5,816 nucleotides of DNA from assembly GCF_006345805.1 (NCBI RefSeq), contig NW_021829765.1:1-5816 (forward strand), given 5' to 3'. Within the stretch, counting starts at the first letter, position 1, and each line of letters starts with the position of its first letter. This stretch comes from Octopus sinensis (Eukaryota). A program made the position numbers and the translations under genes. Under the pieces are notes generated by a model. The model was given only the letters and a program-made list of their open reading frames with translations. It did not search any database and was not told where the DNA came from. Shown one piece after another: positions 1 through 5,816 of the stretch.

Positions 1-50
1 CACACACCACCACACTCACACAAATTAAAAATTAAAAAACCTCATTCAAA

Positions 51-74
51 TCTATCATCTATCTATCTGTCTGC

Positions 75-121
<47 letters not shown>

Positions 122-169
122 ATGTCTGTCTATAGATATATATCTATCTATCTGTCTATAGTCTGTCTG

Positions 170-203
<34 letters not shown>

Positions 204-261
204 GATCTATCTATCTATCTATCTGTCTGTCTATCTACCTACCTACCTACCTACCTACCTA
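51..261. repeat. Compound tetranucleotide microsatellite (TCTA/TCTG/CCTA)n
   Basis: Directly visible blocks of TCTG, TCTA and CCTA units. Confidence 0.97.
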
Positions 262-561
262 ATCCTCTCGTTCTTTTCCTGTATGTGTGAAACATCCGGG
301 ATATTTATATAATGATTGAAAGTTGCTTCGATTGAATCAGATCATGTCTGCATTTGATGGACAAAATCTGCCTCTGGAGTTATTTGAAAATCTAAACTCA
401 ACAAGCAAGGGAGTTAATTATAATATCATAGAAGCGAAATTTTGTGTAGTTGTGCCTCATGTATCTAATAGTGCATTCTCACCTCAGCTATTTACAGATA
501 TCTCCTCTTAGCACTATTTTTTAGATACATTTCAAATACTTGATACACTCAGGCGTATATT

Positions 562-580
562 TGTGTGTGTGTGTGTATAC

Positions 581-633
<53 letters not shown>

Positions 634-659
634 TATATATTATATATATATATATATAT
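562..659. repeat. (TG)n followed by (TA)n microsatellite
   Basis: TG run at ~562-577, then a TA run at ~584-659 with few interruptions. Confidence 0.97.
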
Positions 660-664
660 GTATA

Positions 665-908
665 TTGGCAGGGCTGGACTGCTAAGTAGTCGGCCGTATG
701 CTAGAAACAGATCATCAACGATCAAACTACAAAGGAAATTCTCTAGAGGAAATTCTGGTTTTTTATATAAATTTTCATCTGTCCTGCCCGCCAAATTTGG
801 TTCTGGTGTTCGCTGGCTGATTTTCCTCTAGAGAATTTCCTTTGTAGTTTGATCGTTGATGATCTGTTTCTAGCATACGCCGACTACCTAGCAGTCCAGC
901 CCTGCCAA
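665..908. mobile_element. Non-autonomous foldback element / MITE with long terminal inverted repeats, superfamily unassigned
   Basis: Arm 659-752 is the reverse complement of 822-914 with one substitution (A685 opposite C888) and one 1-nt indel (extra C in the CC at 694-695). The spacer is 69 nt (753-821) with no coding capacity. The core TTGGCAGGG...CCCTGCCAA (665-908) is flanked by TA/TATA (661-664, 909-912) at the edge of a (TA)n tract, compatible with a TA target duplication. Confidence 0.8.
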
Positions 909-1021
909 TATACACATATATTAGAATTTTTCTCTGACTTCTCAGATTTTTTGTATGCTAGACTACTGGTTTTAATAAATTGATATTAAAATTAATATTA
1001 ATTTATCTCTCCCTCATTATT

Positions 1022-1024
<3 letters not shown>

Positions 1025-1072
<48 letters not shown>

Positions 1073-1089
1073 ATATATATAAATATATA
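1025..1089. repeat. (TA)n microsatellite
   Basis: Directly visible TA run with a few interruptions. Confidence 0.97.
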
Positions 1090-1232
1090 AACTTATATAT
1101 TGCATTTGAGAATGATTTTCTGAAATTAAAAATTCTCGATTGTATAAAACATTTCTTAAAAAAGTAGAGTGACTCGAACGTTTGGGAAGAAGTTTTCTTA
1201 TTGTGTTACAGTTTATTTTGTTCACTCGTTAC

Positions 1233-1271
1233 AGCTTTTCAGACACACGTGTTACGTGTGTCTGAAAAGCT
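1233..1271. repeat. Perfect 18-bp inverted repeat with 3-nt loop
   Basis: AGCTTTTCAGACACACGT (1233-1250), GTT, then ACGTGTGTCTGAAAAGCT (1254-1271), an exact reverse complement. Confidence 0.95.
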
Positions 1272-1998
1272 TCGTACAGAGAAAGTTGGTTTTAGTAGCG
1301 GTTTCCGTATATTTGATATACGCACACACAAATTTAATAGCGCGCGCATGCACACACATTTAATAGCCGATATAAATGTTGATTGGTTGGCTAGTTGGTT
1401 GAATCTCCACTCACTTTATATATCGTATAGAGAGCTTCACAAAGAGAGTAAACGATAGATTCATTGGTAATTAACATAAGTGATGCAAGATGAGTGTACA
1501 CACAAGGCTTGGTGGCAGGCAATGATAAGTTTCTGAAAAATCCATTTGTTGAAAATGAAATTTTGGTAGATTGCAGAGAGGGGTTTTCGATGGAGTACAG
1601 TGCAATTATGTTGATAAAATTTAAATAAATTACTTCATATTTATCGCAAATATACAGATGAGAAATTGGCTTTGTTTAAATCAATCTTTACAAAATTGAT
1701 ATTCATTTCATCAATTTGTATAAGCACCAAGATAAATGATAAAAGTTGAATTATAATTTTTATGGCTACATTTCCATGGTAGCAAAAAATACTTATGACA
1801 GATATAATATACTCAAGTATATATATATATATAGTACCTCATTGTGTGTTAAAGGTAAAAAAGAATTTCTTGACCGCTCCTGCGAGAACATGATCCTACT
1901 TTCCTACAACAACCTACAGCATAGATCAGCTGCTTACAAAGCAGCTATAAATTAAGCTAGCATTGTGTATTTAATGGCTGGTCATAAATAAATATATA

Positions 1999-2104
1999 GG
2001 TATGAATGAGTGGTTAAGAAGCGAACTTCGTAAACACATGGTTTAGGTTTCAATCCCTATGTACGGCATTTTAGGCAAGTGTTTTCTAGTATTTTTTGGA
2101 AGCC
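1999..2104 (+). mobile_element. Degenerate tRNA-derived SINE, 5' part, interrupted by the retroelement; probable remainder at 3824-3845
   Basis: A-box/D-loop-like AGTGGTTAAG (2009-2018) and B-box-like GGTTTCAATCCC (2046-2057) at tRNA-like spacing. The following GGCATTTTAGGCAAGTGTTTTCTAGTAT resembles the cephalopod SINE body (GGCACCTTGGGCAAGTGTCTTCTACTAT) as I recall it, not database-checked. GAAGCCATCGTA beyond the insertion resembles the recalled SINE end GAAGCCCGTCGTA before a microsatellite tail. Confidence 0.7.
2090..2104 (+). repeat. Left copy of 15-bp direct repeat (putative target-site duplication)
   Basis: TATTTTTTGGAAGCC, identical to 3824-3838. Confidence 0.85.
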
Positions 2105-2111
2105 CCATTTC

Positions 2112-2117
2112 TTTATT
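2112..2117 (-). promoter_or_regulatory. Polyadenylation-signal-like AATAAA at the element 3' end
   Basis: The minus strand reads GGGTAATAAAGAAATGG immediately before the direct repeat. Confidence 0.5.
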
Positions 2118-2273
2118 ACCCACTAGGGGCTACGAAGAGGGAACATTACAAGACATGGGGGATATAAAACAATGTGATTAAAATTGAGTAAATGAATGTT
2201 AAATGAAAAAAATGATAATATGAAAGCGATGTTAACGGCCCCCTCCGCCAGCATCACTTACCTTTTCCGTTTC

Positions 2274-3624
2274 CTATCCAATTCCAAAGTCTTTTACCTC
2301 ACCCTTCATTTCTCTTTCATACCTCTCTATCATATCATCCTTCATATACGCTGAAAAACAATTTATACGTAGTTCATTACACTTGCTCCTCAAAGAGCCC
2401 ATAAGTTCAAAATCGAACACCGCGTAGCTACCGTCTTCATACTCTTGCCATACATCGTCCTCAAAAAGCCTTCTTGCGTTCTCGGTATCCCCCTTCCTCA
2501 CAACACATAAAAAGTAGGACTGGGGCCTTGTATGTTCTGTGGTGTCTGTTTTCGTTTTTCTTGTAGGCGGGGAGTGGGTGGAATTGCTGTTTGCAGGGGC
2601 AGGATGGGTCTCCAGGGTGTGGTGGTGTTGGGGTGGGTTGGGGCTTCGCACAGTTTTTTCCTTTCTTCCTTCCTTTCTCTTCTTTCTGCCCTCCTCACCT
2701 CACTCTTTTTGCATCTCCTCCTCCTCTGTCGTTTCCCTTTCCGTCTGCTTCTCTTAATTTCTTCCTCTTTTTTGGGCCTCCTCTTTTGGAGCTTCCTCAA
2801 CGATTTCCTTTTCTCTTGTGGGGGAGGGCAGAAGGCTCTTATGTGGCCCCTCAGGCCACACTTGTAACACGTGGAGCTCTGCCCTCCACCCACACTCTCA
2901 TAATCACGTCTCCCAATTTAATGCTTTCCGCCAGGTCCACCAGTACCTCCTCGTTTTCTGCCTGCACTTTCAGCTCCACTGTTACGCCTCTCCAGCCCTC
3001 GGTCTTGACCGAGGCATGGAGAATATCCACTTTCTCCTCGTGGCCGCTGATCACAGCCGCCACAATCCACTCAGCCTCAACGTTTGGTGGCACTCCCTCC
3101 ACCCTCACTCGTGTAATCCTTCTATTCAAATACATAGGTAAAGTGTTACCTTTTCTGACTTCACCGCCTTCACACCGCCATCTTCCTCGCTGCAGTCTCA
3201 CTTTTAAAATGTACCACTACAGTACCGTACTTCGATCCTCGAGTCAGAAAAATGATTTCCTCCTCCGATCTTCTCAGGGCCTCCTCTATCCACTCCATGT
3301 TTACAACCTCTATTTTCTTTCTTTCGTTCGCGAACACCCTGTAAATAATGGTCCTTATATTGTACCATTCCTTTCTCTTTGGTGGTGGTTCCAGTTCCAC
3401 CTCGCCGCTGTCCTTCCTCATATACCTCCGAACCTGGCAATTTTTCTAGGTTTATTTCCTTTTCCTGTGCCGTCTCTCTTTTTGCAACTCCTGCGTACGT
3501 TTTCCTGTTTTTTATCTCCACATTATTTACATCACCGATTTGCTCGTCTTCAGAGTTCGATGTCTCCGACAAGCTCTCAAATATCCATTCCTCCTCCGAC
3601 TCCTCACTAGGGAGTGTCATCCAT
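2274..3624 (-). pseudogene. Frameshift-disrupted retrotransposon ORF1/Gag-like nucleic-acid-binding protein (~450 codons when rejoined)
   Basis: Consecutive minus-strand ORF pieces join into one plausible protein. In order: MDDTP/SEESEEEW...KTYAGVAK... (3624-~3430); RTIIYRVF...KYGTVVVHFKSETAARKMAV (RRM-like, ~3421-3173); PMYLNRRITRVRVEGVPP...MRVWVEGRAP (second RRM-like, ~3138-2872); CYKCGLRGHIRAFC knuckle (2869-2828); a charged, Pro-rich linker; SYFLCVVRKG...KDFGIG-stop (2276-2274). Frame changes are needed near 3609, 3445-3400, 3175-3140, 2871 and between 2820 and 2500. Confidence 0.8.
2828..2869 (-). other. CCHC zinc knuckle coding segment (C-X2-C-X4-H-X4-C)
   Basis: Translates as CYKCGLRGHIRAFC. 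A 1-nt deletion at ~2871 separates it from the upstream VEGRAP(R), giving the EGRAPRCYKCG motif typical of L1/Tx1-type ORF1 proteins. Confidence 0.92.
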
Positions 3625-3823
3625 TTCCTCCTGTCTGACAGGCCGAAAACGGCCGCCAAAACAGAAAAAGTAACGCGCAGAACCAGCGGAACGCGAAACC
3701 GCTTCAAACACGCCGTTCAAAATTTCCACAACAACAACAATTCTTTTTGGACCTTTTTTACCGAATTTTACGAGCGTAAAAAAACACGACCGAACTCAAA
3801 CTGACGAACAGACAACTGCCCAC
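3625..3823 (-). promoter_or_regulatory. 5' UTR / putative internal promoter of the retroelement
   Basis: No ATG on the minus strand until 3624. I count 17 CpG in 3631-3810, while the flanks are CpG-poor. Initiator-like CAGTT (3818-3814) and TCAGTT (3804-3799) lie near the 5' end. Confidence 0.5.
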
Positions 3824-3838
3824 TATTTTTTGGAAGCC
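3824..3838 (+). repeat. Right copy of 15-bp direct repeat (putative target-site duplication)
   Basis: TATTTTTTGGAAGCC, identical to 2090-2104. Confidence 0.85.
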
Positions 3839-3844
3839 ATCGTA

Positions 3845-4327
3845 ACACACACACAAACACACACACACATACATACATACATACATACATACATACATAC
3901 ATACACACACACATACATACATACATACATACATACATACATACATACATAAATAAATACATACATACATACATACATACATACACACACACATACATAC
4001 ATACATACATACATAAATAAATACATACATACATACATACATACACACACATACATACATACATACATACATACATACATAAATAAATACATACATACAT
4101 ACATACATACATACAAACATACATACATACATACACACACACATACATACATACATACATACATACATACATACATAAATAAATACATACATACATACAT
4201 ACATACATACAAACATACATACATACATACATACACACACACATACATACATACATACATACATACATACATGAATAAATACATACATACATACATACAT
4301 ACATACAAACATACATACATACATACA

Positions 4328-4389
<62 letters not shown>

Positions 4390-5071
4390 CATATATACAT
4401 ACATACATACATACATACATATACATACACACACACACATACATACATACATACATACATACATACATACATACATACTTACATAAATAAATACATACAT
4501 ACATACATACATACATACATACATACATACATACATACATACATACATACATACATAAATAAATACATACATACATACATACATACATACATACACACAC
4601 ACATACATACATACATACATACATAAATAAATACATACATACATACACACACACATACATACATACATACATACATACATACATACATAAATACATACAT
4701 ACATACATACCACACACATACATACATACATACATACATACATACATACATACACCACACATACATACATACATACATACATACATACATAAATAAATAC
4801 ATACATACATACATACATACATACATAATAAATACATACATACATACACACATACATACATACATACATACATACATACACACATATATAAATAAATACA
4901 TACATACATACATACATACATACATACATACATACATACATACATACACACATACATACATATATACATAAATAAATACATACATACATACATACAAACA
5001 TACAAACTACATACATGCATACATACATACATACATACATACATACATACATACATACATAATACATACAT
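3845..5071. repeat. ~1.2-kb (CATA)n array, starting as (CA)n, with recurrent TAAATAAA, CACACA and CAAAC variant units
   Basis: Directly visible. It accounts for all the MYVC/IHTY repeat ORFs. Confidence 0.98.
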
Positions 5072-5073
5072 AT

Positions 5074-5210
5074 GTACATGACTAGTACTTAGTTTATCGA
5101 CCTCGAAAGGATGAATGGTAAAATCGACCTCGGTGGGATTTGAACCCAGAACGTAAAGACGGACGATATGCAGCAGAGCATTTTGCCTGACATACTAATG
5201 ATTCTGTCAA
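5074..5210 (-). mobile_element. tRNA-derived SINE (head plus Nin/Deu-like core), 3'-truncated or running into a (TATG)n tail
   Basis: On the minus strand: A-box-like TGACAGAATCATTAG (5209-5195) and B-box GGGTTCAAATCCC (5147-5135). These are followed by CCATTCATCCTTTCGAGGTCGATAAACTAAGTACTAG, resembling the Nin/Deu SINE central domain (CCTTTCATCCTTCCGAGGTCGATAAAATGAGTACCAG) as I recall it. Confidence 0.85.
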
Positions 5211-5270
5211 GTAGTAGTTGTAGTAGTAGTAGCAGCAGCAGCAACAACAACAATTATAGTAGTCGTAGCA
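5211..5270. repeat. Mixed trinucleotide microsatellite (TAG/CAG/CAA)n
   Basis: Directly visible. Confidence 0.92.
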
Positions 5271-5273
5271 GCT

Positions 5274-5295
5274 CGACGCGCTAACGATTTTGCCA
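5274..5295 (-). mobile_element. Isolated SINE 5' head (A-box) fragment
   Basis: The minus strand reads TGGCAAAATCGTTAGCGCGTCG, paralleling TGACAGAATCATTAGTATGTCA at 5209-5188. Confidence 0.55.
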
Positions 5296-5297
5296 CA

Positions 5298-5388
5298 TGA
5301 TGATGATGGGGATGATGATGATGATGATGATGAGGATAATAGTCATCGTAGTCGAAGCATCAGTAGTAGTAGTAGTAGCAGCAGCAGC

Positions 5389-5440
<52 letters not shown>
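5298..5440. repeat. Compound trinucleotide microsatellite (GAT)n-(TAG)n-(CAG)n-(TAG)n
   Basis: Directly visible. It is the source of the poly-D/poly-S and poly-T ORFs. Confidence 0.95.
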
Positions 5441-5608
5441 CAAAAATACAGCCAAATACTAACCATATAACTAGAGATATTAGTATCTTTTTTGTATATT
5501 TGTTTTGTTAATATCTCGTTCAATTTTTTTTTTCGTGATTATGAAAGAGAAAGGAAATGGATGCCAAGTGGAATATAAAATAAAAAAAAAACGACGTCAC
5601 TTTTCGCT

Positions 5609-5816
5609 CCTTCGTTCCTTTCTTTTTTATTTTCGCCTTTCGCTCTTTCCTTTTCAATATCTTTCCTTCTTTCCTTCCATCCTTCCTTCCTTCCTTCCTT
5701 CCTTCATTCTTTCTTTCTTATCTGTTTCATTCATTCATTTCATTTATTCATTCAGTCATACATTATTTCTTTATTTCTTTCTTTCTTTTGTCTGTCTTTC
5801 CTTTCTTTTCTTTCTC
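5609..5816. repeat. Pyrimidine-rich low-complexity tract (TTCC/TTCA/TTTC)
   Basis: Directly visible. It runs to the window end. Confidence 0.9.

Larger units (their letters stand above)
2105..3823 (-). mobile_element. Apparently full-length ORF1-only non-LTR retroelement (L1/Tx1-like ORF1, half-LINE architecture)
   Basis: Bounded by a 15-bp direct repeat and more GC-rich than the flanks. It has a ~200-nt ATG-free 5' UTR, a Gag/ORF1-like frame with RRM-like segments and a CCHC knuckle, and a ~170-nt 3' UTR with AATAAA (2112-2117). No APE or RT motifs, LTRs or TIRs are visible. The clade assignment is inferred from ORF1 architecture only. Confidence 0.75.

Noticed and set aside
323-511. 62-aa ORF as a possible host exon
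   Set aside because: It starts at TTG, has no recognisable motif, and lacks a convincing polypyrimidine acceptor and donor pair. It cannot be excluded without RNA-seq.
953-967. GTATGCTAGA echo of the MITE arm (696-705) just outside the element
   Set aside because: It is only a 10-bp match and does not extend, so it cannot be separated from chance or an old remnant.
989-1004. 16-bp palindrome AAATTAATATTAATTT
   Set aside because: It is A/T-only, in an AT-rich region next to a TA repeat, so it carries little information.
1928-1946. 8-bp hairpin AGCTGCTT-ACA-AAGCAGCT
   Set aside because: About one stem of this length is expected by chance in a window this size, and it has no supporting context.
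549-1955. Short ORFs at 549-794, 998-1225, 1169-1363, 1201-1458 and 1746-1955
   Set aside because: They are short, lack motifs, and are partly derived from TA repeats or the MITE arm.
1999-2070. Functional tRNA gene (same question for 5130-5210)
   Set aside because: A/B-box-like motifs are present, but I could not build a cloverleaf with an acceptor stem, and both continue into SINE-like bodies.
2123-2254. 43-codon minus-strand ORF after ORF1 (MLAEGAVNIAF...) as a stub of ORF2
   Set aside because: The resemblance to the APE N-terminal motif (xxGxxNV) is only a few residues. The rest is a T-rich UTR translation with no endonuclease motifs.
2591-3610. 339-aa plus-strand ORF and the other plus-strand ORFs over the element
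   Set aside because: These are antisense shadows. The plus strand is pyrimidine-rich and A-poor here, so stops are rare, and the translations are F/S/L/P-rich with no motif.
2090-3838. LTR, DIRS or Penelope interpretation of the element
   Set aside because: The repeat is only 15 bp with no TG...CA ends, PBS or PPT. No protease, RT, integrase, tyrosine recombinase or GIY-YIG motifs are visible.
3845-5071. CRISPR-like or telomeric array
   Set aside because: There is no repeat-spacer structure with unique spacers, and the unit is CATA, not TTAGGG-like.
3758-5079. Long minus-strand MYVC-repeat ORFs (437, 418, 234, 172 aa) and the plus-strand IHTY ORF
   Set aside because: These are translations of the (TATG)n/(CATA)n microsatellite, which lacks stops in several frames.
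5474-5517. 9-bp inverted repeat GAGATATTA...TAATATCTC (similarly 1689-1720)
   Set aside because: Short, AT-rich, and within chance expectation.
5281-5523. Poly-T and poly-D/S ORFs
   Set aside because: These are translations of trinucleotide microsatellites.

Overview
A eukaryotic, repeat-dense, non-genic window. It is most likely from an octopod cephalopod, inferred from two tRNA-derived SINEs resembling cephalopod SINEs as I recall them and from very high microsatellite density. No host gene is supported. The main feature is a ~1.72-kb minus-strand retroelement (2105-3823) bounded by a perfect 15-bp direct repeat (TATTTTTTGGAAGCC at 2090-2104 and 3824-3838). It has an ATG-free, CpG-rich 5' UTR and one frameshift-disrupted ORF1/Gag-like frame of ~450 codons (acidic N-terminus, two RRM-like segments, a CX2CX4HX4C knuckle, a charged linker and an unassigned C-terminal domain). 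A short 3' UTR ends at AATAAAGAAA. There is no ORF2 (endonuclease/RT), so it looks like an ORF1-only, 'half-LINE' element, apparently inserted inside a tRNA-derived SINE. The window also holds a ~250-bp foldback/MITE with ~93-bp arms, a perfect 18-bp hairpin, a second SINE with a Nin/Deu-like core, a 1.2-kb (CATA)n array with 96-bp higher-order periodicity, and several simple repeats. All alignments and counts were done by eye; no database search was run.
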